A stretch of 64,000 bases of DNA, from the IMG/VR virus record IMGVR_UViG_3300027969_003137, positions 23,519-87,518 of that record; one strand, given 5' to 3'. The stretch's first letter is position 1, and each line of letters starts with the position of its first letter. Below the pieces are notes generated by a model that saw nothing but the letters and a program-made list of their open reading frames with translations, had not been told where the DNA came from and did not search any database. The translations under genes were made by a program, and so were the position numbers. Origin of the DNA: a virus. This document shows positions 37,294 through 47,589 of the stretch, one piece after another.

Positions 37294-38030
37294 GTTTCTC
37301 CGTAGATTGCTAGTATCTCCTTGACAGCTTCATGGCGTTCAACGTCACTCACAGTAAAATGACAGGTGTCTACATATCTGTGATTTTCAAAGTTATTATA
37401 TAACTTCAGGAATTCAAGCAACCCATTATTGCTTGGGCGGTCGGCCTGCTGTAGATCTCCAGTGACAACCATTCTAGATCCCTGTCCTAGTCGAGTCAGC
37501 AGCATCTTCATCTGACTAGGCGTTGTGTTTTGCATTTCGTCGGCTATAACGATGGCATTCTTAAACGTTCTGCCTCGCATATAAGCTAGTGGACTGGTTT
37601 CAATGATTCCTTCTGCAACCATATGTTCAATCTCTTTAGCGTTATAATTCTCGGCAATTACATCAAAGATTGGTCTCGTCCATGGGGCCATCTTTTCATT
37701 AAGATCACCTGGTAAAAACCCGTGTTCCTCATCCACTGAAACAGCTGGTCTGGTAATTATAATTTTATCAACTTCACCGTACTTGAGTTGATCCACCGCC
37801 CATTGTACAGCTAACATGGTTTTACCCGTGCCGGCTGGACCTGTAGCAAATACGATCATTTTAGTTGAATCGTTTAGCTTTAACAGGTAATTTTCTTGAT
37901 TAAGGTTTTTGGGATATATTTGAACTCTTGGACGTTTTTTGTAGGATGTTGTATCTACTATTTTAATTACGTTAGACTCTTGGTGATATTGATTAGCTTT
38001 CAGTGCTACTGCTGCTCTTTTACGCTTCAT
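37290..38030 (-). CDS. phoH: PhoH-family ATPase
   Basis: GPAGTGKT, TRPAV, GFLPGDL.EK, YMRGRTF, DEMQN, TGD..Q.D. Confidence 0.96.
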   Translation of the reverse strand: MKRKRAAVALKANQYHQESNVIKIVDTTSYKKRPRVQIYPKNLNQENYLLKLNDSTKMIVFATGPAGTGKTMLAVQWAVDQLKYGEVDKIIITRPAVSVDEEHGFLPGDLNEKMAPWTRPIFDVIAENYNAKEIEHMVAEGIIETSPLAYMRGRTFKNAIVIADEMQNTTPSQMKMLLTRLGQGSRMVVTGDLQQADRPSNNGLLEFLKLYNNFENHRYVDTCHFTVSDVERHEAVKEILAIYGET

Positions 38031-38046
38031 ATAAGGTTAGCCCTCC

Positions 38047-38103
38047 TTGTTATGTGTTAGGCACGGACCTTTTAACCGACGTGTCCGTGTACGAACACAC
38101 AAG
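38047..38103 (-). promoter_or_regulatory. Long hairpin in the phoH 5' leader, ending at the SD
   Basis: Minus strand CTTGTGTGTT..CACGGAC...GTCCGTG..AACACATAACAAG followed by GAGG. Confidence 0.55.
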
Positions 38104-38174
38104 TATTTAACTCCAGGATCTAAAAGTTATGTGTTATGTTTGTATTTTGACGATAAATACAATTAGGAGAAATC

Positions 38175-38705
38175 ATGGCCGATATTAAAGATATTATACA
38201 AAATATAGAACAGCTTTACGGGTCTAATAACAGCTTGAACATGCTTAAAGATTTTGAGCGTGTTGTAGACGAGTTAGATGTCTATGTTTATGAAAACTGG
38301 ATTGACGGTGAGCTAGTTGCCGGACCCAAAGAATCACGCTACTTTGTAGAGTGTACATTCATGTGGCCCGAAGAAAAGATGCCTGAGCCGCAAGGCGGCA
38401 AGCGCCTATTAGACTACGGTTGCAAAGTTCAGTACGCTGAAAGCAGCATTTCTAAAGTGCGTAAAATTAAAACCCCAGATGATGTTCGTCCTGGTACAAA
38501 GAAAGGCAAGATTGATCATGAGCCTGTGTGGATGGTAAAAATTTCCATGCCCAAGAAATTAATGAACGACATCAATCGTGGTTATAAAAATCTCGATGCA
38601 AATAAAGTAGAAGATATACTAAATCAAAATGGAGTAGTAGCAGCTCAACCAGAAGCTACTGCGCCTGCAGAAGGAGCCGCAGATGCCGCACAGCCAACAG
38701 CTTAA
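38175..38705 (+). CDS. Hypothetical late protein
   Basis: GATAAATA box and AGGAGA SD upstream. Confidence 0.8.
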   Translation: MADIKDIIQNIEQLYGSNNSLNMLKDFERVVDELDVYVYENWIDGELVAGPKESRYFVECTFMWPEEKMPEPQGGKRLLDYGCKVQYAESSISKVRKIKTPDDVRPGTKKGKIDHEPVWMVKISMPKKLMNDINRGYKNLDANKVEDILNQNGVVAAQPEATAPAEGAADAAQPTA

Positions 38706-39429
38706 TGAAGGACTACGTCCAATGGACCTAGCCGAAATGGTTAATAAAACTTTTGAAGTAGATACCTTTCGATCAAAGATGGGCGAGGACCGTGACGTAT
38801 GTGTATTAACATTCACTGTGCTTGATAGAAATCCTGCAAAGGATCTCATGGAGTTTATCGAGAAGGGCTACGACTTTGTGCTAGATGCCGATGTCAGCAG
38901 TGGCGAGAATACCAATGGCGAGTATAGTGTATTTGTTGAATTGTCAAGAACCAAAGACCTTGCTGAACAGATCAAAGAACTAACCTACGGTATTAAAAAA
39001 CTAACAGGTATTGGTGATTGGGAATTCCGCTATCACAAAGACGGCAAGAAGTTTCAGGTATCAGAAGAAACTCTTAAATCAGTTATTCCACCATCGCCAG
39101 GTGCCTATGATGGACTAATGAGCAAGATGCGTACTGAAGGAATCAAACGTTTCTTCAACAAGACTCTAATGGACGATCTAACACTAGACGGTGATATTAT
39201 CACCATTCACAAACCTTTTGACCGACAGGTCAAACTGCGTATGGTTAAAGAAGCTGCTACCGATTCTATTCTAGAAGGTGTAGTAGATCCTATCACAATG
39301 GATGATGTTTCTACTAGCGAAATATTTTGGTTAACCAAAGTACTAGGCGACTACAATATCAACAAGGTAGGCGACAAATTTATGTTTGACAACAACGGTC
39401 AAGCAATGCTATTACAAAGGATAGATTAA
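38683..39429 (+). CDS. Hypothetical late protein
   Basis: 248 aa; N-terminal QQLNEGL is a possible Glu cleavage site. Confidence 0.75.
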   Translation: MPHSQQLNEGLRPMDLAEMVNKTFEVDTFRSKMGEDRDVCVLTFTVLDRNPAKDLMEFIEKGYDFVLDADVSSGENTNGEYSVFVELSRTKDLAEQIKELTYGIKKLTGIGDWEFRYHKDGKKFQVSEETLKSVIPPSPGAYDGLMSKMRTEGIKRFFNKTLMDDLTLDGDIITIHKPFDRQVKLRMVKEAATDSILEGVVDPITMDDVSTSEIFWLTKVLGDYNINKVGDKFMFDNNGQAMLLQRID

Positions 39430-40058
39430 TGAGCTTTACATTCGATTTTACAAAAGACCAACTGAAAGAAATGATTCCCAAGAATTCCTATGTGGATCAA
39501 TGGTTTGAAGCATTAGACAATATACTACCAGAGTACGATATCACAACTCCACAACGTGTGGCTGCTTTCCTAGCACAGTGCGCTCACGAAAGCGGTGGTT
39601 TTGTTTTCCTAAAAGAAAACCTAAACTACAAGGCAGCAAGCCTACGCAGAGTGTTTCCCAAGTATTTTCCAGACGATGCCATTGCTGCTCAGTATGCTGG
39701 CAAGGGCGAAATGATTGCCAATCGAGTGTATGCTAATCGTATGGGCAATGGCTCAGAAGCATCAGGCGATGGATTTAAGTACTGCGGTCGTGGGCTTATT
39801 CAGTTGACTGGCAAGAACAACTACACATTCTTTGCAGGATCGCTAGACATTCCTGTAGAAGAAGCCAGCGAATACCTACAGACATTCGAAGGCGCTGTGC
39901 AGTCAGCCTGTTTTTTCTGGGAACAAAACAAACTAAATCAGTACGCAGATAGTGGTGATATTTTAACAATGACCAAACGTATCAACGGTGGCACCATTGG
40001 TCTAGAAGATCGCATCAAGCATTACGAACACGCATTACACATATTTGGAGCAGCATAA
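39429..40058 (+). CDS. Glycoside hydrolase family 19 endolysin
   Basis: AFLAQCAHESGGF, ENLNY, GRGLIQLTGKNNY, TKRINGG..GL.DR. Confidence 0.95.
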   Translation: MSFTFDFTKDQLKEMIPKNSYVDQWFEALDNILPEYDITTPQRVAAFLAQCAHESGGFVFLKENLNYKAASLRRVFPKYFPDDAIAAQYAGKGEMIANRVYANRMGNGSEASGDGFKYCGRGLIQLTGKNNYTFFAGSLDIPVEEASEYLQTFEGAVQSACFFWEQNKLNQYADSGDILTMTKRINGGTIGLEDRIKHYEHALHIFGAA

Positions 40059-40678
40059 TGACCCTGATAGGATGGCTGTTCGGTATTATTCCTGATAGTC
40101 TTTTTATTTGGATTACCTATATTCTGTTCGGAATAGGTGTTGTGTTATACTCGGCTAGCAAGTTGGTTCCTTGGATTCCCATGATGGGCCAATACAAACT
40201 TCCGGCAGAGCTATTTGGTATTGTATTTCTAGTTATAGGTTCCTATATGTTTGGTAGCTATGGAACTGAAATGGTGTGGCGCGAACGTGTAGCAGAACTA
40301 GAAGCAAAAGTTAAGGTTGCCGAAGAAAAAAGTCAACAGGTCAACACAGTTATCGAAACTAAAATAGTTACAAAAGTCAAAGTCATTAAGGAAAATGTAT
40401 ATGTTAACAGAGAAATCATCAAAGAAGTTGCGGGCAAGCAGTTGGATGCTCAGTGTACTTTGCCTCGGTCTACTGTCAGCTTGCACGACAGCGCCAGTCG
40501 TAATGAAGTTCCCGAGCGTGCCGCCGCAACTGATGGAACCCCCAGCGGAGTTGAAGCCAGTAGGCTCCTCGACAGAGTCGTTGAAAACTACGGGGCCTGC
40601 CACGAAAACGCAGAAAAATTAAGGGCGTGGCAAGAATGGTACAGGGAGCAGAAGAAAATCTTCGAAAGTGTTAAATAG
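40058..40678 (+). CDS. Inner-membrane spanin (Rz-like)
   Basis: N-terminal TM segments, coiled coil, two periplasmic Cys, ends NYGACHENAEKLRAWQEW; follows the endolysin. Confidence 0.75.
   Translation: MTLIGWLFGIIPDSLFIWITYILFGIGVVLYSASKLVPWIPMMGQYKLPAELFGIVFLVIGSYMFGSYGTEMVWRERVAELEAKVKVAEEKSQQVNTVIETKIVTKVKVIKENVYVNREIIKEVAGKQLDAQCTLPRSTVSLHDSASRNEVPERAAATDGTPSGVEASRLLDRVVENYGACHENAEKLRAWQEWYREQKKIFESVK
40446..40622 (+). CDS. Outer-membrane spanin lipoprotein (Rz1-like), fully embedded in the +1 frame
   Basis: MLSVLCLGLLSAC lipobox, then Pro-rich TTAPVVMKFPSVPPQLMEPPAELKP. Confidence 0.8.
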   Translation: MLSVLCLGLLSACTTAPVVMKFPSVPPQLMEPPAELKPVGSSTESLKTTGPATKTQKN

Positions 40679-40707
40679 TAGTACATAATCCAAAAGGAGC
40701 GAAAACC

Positions 40708-41085
40708 ATGGAATTGGAACAAATCAAAGAAAAGATGAGTGCTGGCGAAGCCAAGGGCGCACTGATCGAAAAGGTAACATTTGCTGTGTTACCCATCATG
40801 TTTGCCTGTGTGGTGTACTTGATGAATGCGCTGAGTCATGTTAATACACAGTTGACCATTCTTGAAAGCAAGATGCAGTTGGTGGTGACATCAGACAACA
40901 AACAAGCACCAAACATGGGTGCTGAACTGGCTCGTGAAAAACTACGCCAAGACTTCATGCAGGCCAACACAGAAGCACTAGCAAGAAGCGGTGCCAACAA
41001 AGCAGTGCTGGACACATTGGTATGGCGTGTGCAAGAGTTAGAAAAGCACAAAGAGAAACAAACCAGCAATGTTGGGAAGAAGTAA
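40708..41085 (+). CDS. Single-TM coiled-coil protein
   Basis: AAGGAG SD; TM segment TFAVLPIMFACVVYLM. Confidence 0.75.
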   Translation: MELEQIKEKMSAGEAKGALIEKVTFAVLPIMFACVVYLMNALSHVNTQLTILESKMQLVVTSDNKQAPNMGAELAREKLRQDFMQANTEALARSGANKAVLDTLVWRVQELEKHKEKQTSNVGKK

Positions 41086-41087
41086 TC

Positions 41088-41651
41088 ATGTCCTTGATTG
41101 ATTCAGTATTAAACCTAGTAACCAAACAACCCAAAGATCTCAACGCTCCTAAGCCTCCAGTTGGATCACGTAGCGAACGTGAAGCAAAATTAAAAGACAA
41201 AGCAGGTATGGTTATTAGCATATTTGCATTGTTACTAGCAGTTAACAGTTGGTACGGTGGTAAACTATCTAGCACAGTATTAAACAATACACTAGGTGCT
41301 AACAACACATGGGCACAATACCAAGCTAAAGCAGGTCGTGGTGTAAGCTATGAAATTGCTGCAAAAACTACAGCTGATACAAAACTACGTGCAGAATTCC
41401 AAGCTGAAAAAGAGCGCATGGACAGTGACAAGAAAGAGCTTGCTGCTAAGGCAAGAGAAATGGAAGCAGTTCGTGAAGAAGCTAAGAAGTCTAGTCCCTG
41501 GATTGCATATGCTAATACGGCATATCAGTTGGCCATTGTTGTTCTATCAGCAAGCATTTTAGCCGTTAGTATGGGAATGTTTTGGGGTAGCTTTGTAGTA
41601 GCCGGTTTTGGTATACTGCTAAGTCTAAACGGCTTATACCTTTGGTTTTAA
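41088..41651 (+). CDS. DUF4337-like membrane protein
   Basis: ANNTWAQYQAK; QLAIVVLSASIL; three TM segments. Confidence 0.7.
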   Translation: MSLIDSVLNLVTKQPKDLNAPKPPVGSRSEREAKLKDKAGMVISIFALLLAVNSWYGGKLSSTVLNNTLGANNTWAQYQAKAGRGVSYEIAAKTTADTKLRAEFQAEKERMDSDKKELAAKAREMEAVREEAKKSSPWIAYANTAYQLAIVVLSASILAVSMGMFWGSFVVAGFGILLSLNGLYLWF

Positions 41652-41653
41652 AA

Positions 41654-42376
41654 ATGAAAACACAACTACTATTAGAGTTTGCCAACATAGCGCAAACTAC
41701 CTACGACAATCCTAAAGACTCTAAAGCTAAGTTTAAAGCACTGGGCTATACCATTGTTCAATTCTTTGACATCGATGGCGCACAGGCATACCTGTTAACT
41801 AATGGCACAATAACAGTATTGTCCTTTAGAGGTACCGAAGTGACACAGAAGTCAGATGTATTGGCAGACTTAAAAGCCGGTAAGAATATTGAAGCCTGTG
41901 GTGGCAAGGTACACGTTGGCTTCAAAGGTGAGATAAACAAACTATGGCCCAGTATCTCTAAAGCGTTAACAGACAATCCAGGTAATATATATGTAACTGG
42001 ACACAGTCTTGGTGCTGCCATGGCAACTATTGCTGCTAGTCGTATGCAGGATCGTGTAACGGCATTGGTAACATTTGGTTCACCGAGAGTGGGCAATAAA
42101 GAGTTTGTTGACAGTGTGTTTGTTGACCATTATAGAGTACAGAACAACTGCGATGATGTGACCAAAGTTCCTTTTATGTTGATGGGATTTACACACCACG
42201 GAACACACAAGTATATGAACTTCAATGGTGAGTTTAGAGACTTGACTCCTTGGCAACAGGTAAAAGACATGGTCCGTAGCAGATTGCGAGCCAGAGCCAA
42301 GGGTCAAAAGTATATTGGCGTTTTTGATCACATGATGGCAAACTATATTTCCAAGTTAGAGAAGTTAGGAATGTAA
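41654..42376 (+). CDS. Class 3 lipase (alpha/beta hydrolase)
   Basis: SFRGTE, VHVGF, VTGHSLGAAMA, TFGSPRVGN, DDVTKVP, C-terminal DH. Confidence 0.92.
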   Translation: MKTQLLLEFANIAQTTYDNPKDSKAKFKALGYTIVQFFDIDGAQAYLLTNGTITVLSFRGTEVTQKSDVLADLKAGKNIEACGGKVHVGFKGEINKLWPSISKALTDNPGNIYVTGHSLGAAMATIAASRMQDRVTALVTFGSPRVGNKEFVDSVFVDHYRVQNNCDDVTKVPFMLMGFTHHGTHKYMNFNGEFRDLTPWQQVKDMVRSRLRARAKGQKYIGVFDHMMANYISKLEKLGM

Positions 42377-42396
42377 AAATTAAATAGGAGCGAAAA

Positions 42397-42930
42397 ATGA
42401 GCGAAGCAGTAAAAAGCGCAAGCGAACAAAAGAAAGAAGATTGGATGAACTCAAAATGGCGTCCAATGATGGGTTGGATGTATATGGTTGTCTGTATGAT
42501 GGACATGGTTATATTTCCAATCTTATGGAGTCTATTACAAACAATGACTCATAGTCCTATTACACAATGGAATCCACTAACGCTACAAGGTGCTGGATTA
42601 TTCCACATTGCAATGGGTGCAGTTTTAGGTATTGCGGCATTTGGTCGTACACAAGAAAAACTAGGAGGAGCAAACAATGGCGGAATACAAACACCAGCAA
42701 CAGGATTTGCGAGCGGGCCTTCAACATTTGGCCAACCGCAATCAGGAGGCTTCGGCAACTCCAGCGGTTTTAATTCACCAGCACCAAACACAAGTTTTGC
42801 GCCAGCACCAAGTTGGGGCACAACCCCAGTGGCAGCATCCGGCGGATTCGGCGCACCAGCAACAGGTCAAGTAGTAGCAGGGTTTGGCGGCAAGCCGGCA
42901 CCCATGCAACCAGAGCAACCACAAATTTAA
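42397..42930 (+). CDS. Holin of the 3TM/GTA-holin-like family with a Gly/Pro-rich tail
   Basis: KWRPMMGWMY ... GAVLGIAAFGRTQEK. Confidence 0.7.
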   Translation: MSEAVKSASEQKKEDWMNSKWRPMMGWMYMVVCMMDMVIFPILWSLLQTMTHSPITQWNPLTLQGAGLFHIAMGAVLGIAAFGRTQEKLGGANNGGIQTPATGFASGPSTFGQPQSGGFGNSSGFNSPAPNTSFAPAPSWGTTPVAASGGFGAPATGQVVAGFGGKPAPMQPEQPQI

Positions 42931-42940
42931 AGGAACTATT

Positions 42941-43177
42941 ATGAAAAAGTTTTTAATTGCATTAAGCATTATTATTTGGAGTTTTGTAGGATATCAAGTA
43001 TCAGCATATGCCGAAGATGATGCTCCCAAGACTAGAAAAGTCTGTGTAGACGTTCAAGGTAAAGACGGTAAACCCGTTATTGATCCAAAAACTAAGGCAC
43101 CAAAACAAGACTGCAAAGAAGTTAAAGCACACAAAAAACACGAAGGCACCAAGCCCGAGGATGTTAAGAAAAAATAA
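42941..43177 (+). CDS. Small exported protein
   Basis: Signal peptide MKKFLIALSII...SAYA; two Cys; basic tail. Confidence 0.7.
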   Translation: MKKFLIALSIIIWSFVGYQVSAYAEDDAPKTRKVCVDVQGKDGKPVIDPKTKAPKQDCKEVKAHKKHEGTKPEDVKKK

Positions 43178-43203
43178 TAGCAATCTAGTTTAGGTATTAA
43201 ATA

Positions 43204-43231
43204 TAAGGCTGCTTGACGCAGCCTTACTTTT
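43204..43231 (+). terminator. Intrinsic terminator after the lysis cassette
   Basis: TAAGGCTGC-TTGAC-GCAGCCTTA followed by CTTTT. Confidence 0.75.
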
Positions 43232-43241
43232 CGTATATAAT
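43213..43241 (+). promoter_or_regulatory. Sigma70 promoter for dnaJ (leaderless)
   Basis: TTGACG-17 nt-TATAAT; ATG at 43248. Confidence 0.8.
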
Positions 43242-43247
43242 ATAAAC

Positions 43248-44105
43248 ATGAACTACTATTCAACTCTTGGTTTACAAAGAAACGCCTCTGAAGACGATAT
43301 CAAAAAAGCATATCGAAAAATGGCAATGAAACATCACCCCGATCGTGGGGGTGATGAAAAAACATTTAAACAGGTTTCCGAAGCCTACGAAATACTCAGC
43401 GACCCCCAGAAAAAACAAATGGTAGATATGGGTGTTGATCCCAAGACTCAACAGGCTGGTGGAGGCCGACATCAACAGGGACCATTTGAATTCCACTTTA
43501 ACAGTGGCAATTTTGAAGATGTCTTTAGCAACTTTGGATTTGGGGGTGGCGGTCCGTTTGGATTTGGTGGACGCCAGCCTCAAAGAAATAAAACGATCAA
43601 CATCAATGTGGATCTATCACTAGAAGATGTACTTAACGGCAAAGAACTAGAGGCCGAACTTGCCGTACCTAGTGGCAAGAAGAAGATTATTAACATCAGT
43701 ATTCCGGCAGGTATCGAAGGCGGCCAGCAGATCAGATACCAGGGTATGGGCGATAATGCAATCCCAGGTATACCACCCGGCGATCTAATTGTTAACATAC
43801 GAGTTGCTCCTCATCCTATCTTTAGAAGAGACGGGGATTCTTTACTTGTAGAAAAAGATATATCAGTATGGGATGCCTTGTTGGGATGTAATTTAACTTT
43901 ACAAACACTGGACGGTAAGAATTTAAATATCACTATCCCGGCCGGAACACAGCCAGAGACTGTGCTGAGCTGTAGGAACGAAGGCGTGCCAAATATGCGC
44001 AACAGATATCGAGGCAACTTGCTACTTAAAATTAAAGTGGTCGTTCCCAGGAATCTAACTGTAACTCAGATCACGACAATAGAGAATCTAAAGAATGGAA
44101 TTTAA
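43248..44105 (+). CDS. dnaJ: DnaJ/CbpA-type co-chaperone without zinc finger
   Basis: J domain with HPD, G/F-rich linker, C-terminal domains (GDL.V, IPAGTQ). Confidence 0.93.
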   Translation: MNYYSTLGLQRNASEDDIKKAYRKMAMKHHPDRGGDEKTFKQVSEAYEILSDPQKKQMVDMGVDPKTQQAGGGRHQQGPFEFHFNSGNFEDVFSNFGFGGGGPFGFGGRQPQRNKTININVDLSLEDVLNGKELEAELAVPSGKKKIINISIPAGIEGGQQIRYQGMGDNAIPGIPPGDLIVNIRVAPHPIFRRDGDSLLVEKDISVWDALLGCNLTLQTLDGKNLNITIPAGTQPETVLSCRNEGVPNMRNRYRGNLLLKIKVVVPRNLTVTQITTIENLKNGI

Positions 44106-44598
44106 ATTAGGACCCTATAACAGCCTATCGCAAACAAGCACTGAATGGCTATTTGATACGTCCGAGTCAATTGCTCAGGCTCGAGAGCTTGAAGATGCTA
44201 TGATAAATTTTATGGTGGCAAATAAAGGCATTGGACTTGCTGCCAATCAGATCGGTATAACTAAACGTGTGTTTACCATGGGCAGCAACAATATTGAAGG
44301 ATTCCCCTTTCCCTTTGCTGCATTTAATCCTAAAATTATAAGTGCCGGCTCTGAAGAAGATTTAACTGAAGAAGGATGCCTAAGCTATCCTGACCTATGG
44401 TTAAAAGTTAAAAGACCTACAAACATTGTTGCAGAATATCAAGACTGTGACAGTAATACACATACCGTTGAGATGTCTGGCTTAATTGCTAGATGTTTTC
44501 AACATGAATTAGATCATCTAAATGGTGTGTGTTTTGTTGACAAAGTATCACCTATGAGATTACAATTAGCTATGAAGAAGTTAAGGAAAAGGAAATAA
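44095..44598 (+). CDS. def: Peptide deformylase
   Basis: [24 protein letters not shown]. Confidence 0.96.
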   Translation: MEFKLGPYNSLSQTSTEWLFDTSESIAQARELEDAMINFMVANKGIGLAANQIGITKRVFTMGSNNIEGFPFPFAAFNPKIISAGSEEDLTEEGCLSYPDLWLKVKRPTNIVAEYQDCDSNTHTVEMSGLIARCFQHELDHLNGVCFVDKVSPMRLQLAMKKLRKRK

Positions 44599-46934
44599 TG
44601 ATCGAACCGAGCCAAAATTTACAACAGATTTTTGATAATGCTGTGTCAGTTGCTAAAGACATGCAACATGAATACATCACAATCGAACATCTTGTTTACA
44701 GTATCATGTGTGATCAAGAATCATACCAAATCATAGAAAACTATGGTGCTGATGCTAATTTTATTAAAACAAATCTAGATCATTATATAAAAAATAATCT
44801 TAAAGAAATTATTGTTAATGAAACAGACCATAAACCTAAAAAGACCAGTTCTGTAGAACGTGTACTGAATCGCTGCTTTACTCAAGTGCTGTTTAGCGGG
44901 CGGCAAAAGATGGAAGTTGCTGATATTATTATCAGCGTACTCAGCGAGAAAAATAGTTTTAGTTTTTACTTTTTAACAAAAGGTGGACTAACCAAAGACA
45001 AATTTGTTAAATACTTCCAAGAAAATATCGTTATTGATGAAGAAGACCATCCACCAATGCAGGTAACCAATAATAATCAGATGGAAAGAATCATTAATCA
45101 ATTCTGTACTAATCTTAGCCTACAGGCTAAACAACGTAAAATAGATCCCGTTATTGGGCGGGAAGAGGAACTTGAAAATATTCAATTGATTCTAGCTCGG
45201 CGTAGTAAGTGTAATGTCCTGATGGTTGGAGAACCGGGTGTAGGTAAAACTGCTATTGCAGAGGGACTTGCACGTAAAATCTTTGAAAAGAAAGTTCCTA
45301 AGTTTATTCAAGACCATCAAGTCTATACACTAGATATCAGTGCCCTACTTGCAGGTTCTAAGTATCGTGGTGACTTTGAAGAACGCATCAAAGCTGTATT
45401 AGCAGCATTAGAAAAGAAAGGCAAGATCATATTGTTTATTGATGAAGCACATATGATGCAAGGCGCTGGCGCTGCTAATAACAGCAGCAACGATATGGCC
45501 AATATGTTAAAGCCTATTCTTACCAAAGGTATTATTAAATTAATTGCATCAACTACTTGGGAAGAATATCGCAAGCACTTTGAAAAGGATCGTGCGCTCA
45601 TGCGTCGATTCCAACGTGTCACTATCGATGAGCCTACACCAGAGTTAAGTGTTAAGATTGTTAAGGGTATTAGAAAATACTACGAGCGGCATCACAATGT
45701 TAAAATTACAGATGCTGCTATTGATCAAGCCGTAAAGCTGTCTGTTAAATATATGGCAGACAAGAAGTTGCCCGATAAGGCCATTGACATTATCGACTGT
45801 GCCGCAGCACGTTATAAATTAAAAGACGATCCAGAAATGGAAGGAGTTGAACAACTAGTCGATGTTGAACAAATTACCTATGAACTTTCTAAGATGATCA
45901 ATATGCCTTTAGAAATGGTAGCACAAAAAGAAAGTAAAAATCTAGCAGAACTAGAAAGCGGAATGAAGTCTGCTGTTTACGGTCAAGATGGCGCAGTAGA
46001 TACATTACTAGATAAAATCTTTGTAGCACAAGCAGGTATGAAACAGCCTAATAAACCTATTGGCAGCTTCTTGTTCCTTGGCCCTACTGGCTGCGGCAAA
46101 ACAGAAACAGCAAAACAGCTTTCTGAAAAAATGTCAATGCCGTTAATACGATTCGATATGAGCGAATATCAAGAAAAGCACAGTGTTGCTAGATTAATTG
46201 GCGCTCCTCCGGGCTACGTGGGTTATGAAGATAATGCGGGGCAACTAATTACTAAACTACAAGAAATGCCTAATTGTATCTTGTTGCTAGACGAAATTGA
46301 AAAAGCTCATCCAGATGTTTCAAATATTTTGTTAGGCTTTATGGACAACGGGTTTGTGACTGGATCTAACGGCAAACAAGCAGACGGCCGCAATTGTATT
46401 CTTGTTATGACTTCAAATCTAGGTGCTAGGGACAATGAGAATAACACCATTGGCTTTGGTGATTTAGATAAAGACGGAGAGGATGATAAAGCACTTAAAA
46501 AGTTCTTTGCTCCTGAATTCCGCAATCGATTAGATGCTGTTATCAAATTCTCTAAACTTTCACAATCTGTTGTATCACAAATTGTTAAAAAGTTTATTGC
46601 TGAATTAAACAGTCAGTTGAAAGATAAGAATATCGAAATTACTCTAAATGCAGATGCAATAAATTGGTTATCCAATAACGGTTTCGATAAAAAGATGGGT
46701 GCTAGGCCGTTGGCTCGATTGATTGATAACAAGATTAAATCGCCATTAAGTCGTAAAGTGCTGTTTGGTGAATTGCAAAACGGCGGTAATATTGCAGTTT
46801 CAGTTGTTAACGGAGATTTAAATTTTGATATCGGGCCGTTTCTAACTAAGGAACAAAAACGGGCAATTAAACGAGGAACACCAACTGAGGTAGTACAAGA
46901 TGTATCAGAAAATACAGAAAACCAAGACAACTAA
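44598..46934 (+). CDS. clpA: ClpA-like Hsp100 ATPase
   Basis: Clp N-domain, two AAA modules (GEPGVGKT, GPTGCGKT), GAPPGYVG, IGF ClpP-docking loop, MGARPL. Confidence 0.93.
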   Translation: MIEPSQNLQQIFDNAVSVAKDMQHEYITIEHLVYSIMCDQESYQIIENYGADANFIKTNLDHYIKNNLKEIIVNETDHKPKKTSSVERVLNRCFTQVLFSGRQKMEVADIIISVLSEKNSFSFYFLTKGGLTKDKFVKYFQENIVIDEEDHPPMQVTNNNQMERIINQFCTNLSLQAKQRKIDPVIGREEELENIQLILARRSKCNVLMVGEPGVGKTAIAEGLARKIFEKKVPKFIQDHQVYTLDISALLAGSKYRGDFEERIKAVLAALEKKGKIILFIDEAHMMQGAGAANNSSNDMANMLKPILTKGIIKLIASTTWEEYRKHFEKDRALMRRFQRVTIDEPTPELSVKIVKGIRKYYERHHNVKITDAAIDQAVKLSVKYMADKKLPDKAIDIIDCAAARYKLKDDPEMEGVEQLVDVEQITYELSKMINMPLEMVAQKESKNLAELESGMKSAVYGQDGAVDTLLDKIFVAQAGMKQPNKPIGSFLFLGPTGCGKTETAKQLSEKMSMPLIRFDMSEYQEKHSVARLIGAPPGYVGYEDNAGQLITKLQEMPNCILLLDEIEKAHPDVSNILLGFMDNGFVTGSNGKQADGRNCILVMTSNLGARDNENNTIGFGDLDKDGEDDKALKKFFAPEFRNRLDAVIKFSKLSQSVVSQIVKKFIAELNSQLKDKNIEITLNADAINWLSNNGFDKKMGARPLARLIDNKIKSPLSRKVLFGELQNGGNIAVSVVNGDLNFDIGPFLTKEQKRAIKRGTPTEVVQDVSENTENQDN

Positions 46935-47586
46935 CCGTAAGTTTTACGGCAAGTGGTTATACAAGGTTTCCGTTCATGCTCCGGGAGTAGCCATACTGAG
47001 ATCTAAATCTCCTCCCGAAGCAATAGCATTTTTAAATATGCCTATGCCTGACAACTCGTACAGACACAGTTTAATTGTTAAAGCACATACTAATGCAAGT
47101 TTGTTGACAAAGTTGTTTAAATTCTTAGAACCAATACCTGCAGAGGAATGGACTAAGCGTATAGAAACTAATCAATTTGATTTTTATACCAATAGTAAAA
47201 GTCTCTATGAACAATTTTGCAAAAAATTTGCTAGTATCTTGGTACAAAATTTTGAACCAGAAGAAGATAACTTAGAATTATTAAAAAATCAGTATACCAT
47301 TATAGTTAAAAATCTACCACATAAAAAATATCAATACAAAGCATTCCTTAAACCCCACAAAATGAAAGGTGATATTGATGCTAAACACAAATATATCCAA
47401 TGGGTAGAAATGCAGGGAGACAAAGTTAGGCTTACTCCCATTGTAAAAGAGTGGTTTATTAAAACTGAATGGAACTGGGATCGTAGGTATCTATTGGTCG
47501 AAGACGCATCAACCTTGCTGATGCTACAAATGCGCAGCGGAGAAGCTATAGGCAAGGTATATGAATACGTTGTAGTCGATAAATAA
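46900..47586 (+). CDS. Hypothetical protein
   Basis: 228-aa ORF. Confidence 0.7.
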   Translation: MYQKIQKTKTTNRKFYGKWLYKVSVHAPGVAILRSKSPPEAIAFLNMPMPDNSYRHSLIVKAHTNASLLTKLFKFLEPIPAEEWTKRIETNQFDFYTNSKSLYEQFCKKFASILVQNFEPEEDNLELLKNQYTIIVKNLPHKKYQYKAFLKPHKMKGDIDAKHKYIQWVEMQGDKVRLTPIVKEWFIKTEWNWDRRYLLVEDASTLLMLQMRSGEAIGKVYEYVVVDK

Positions 47587-47589
47587 GAC

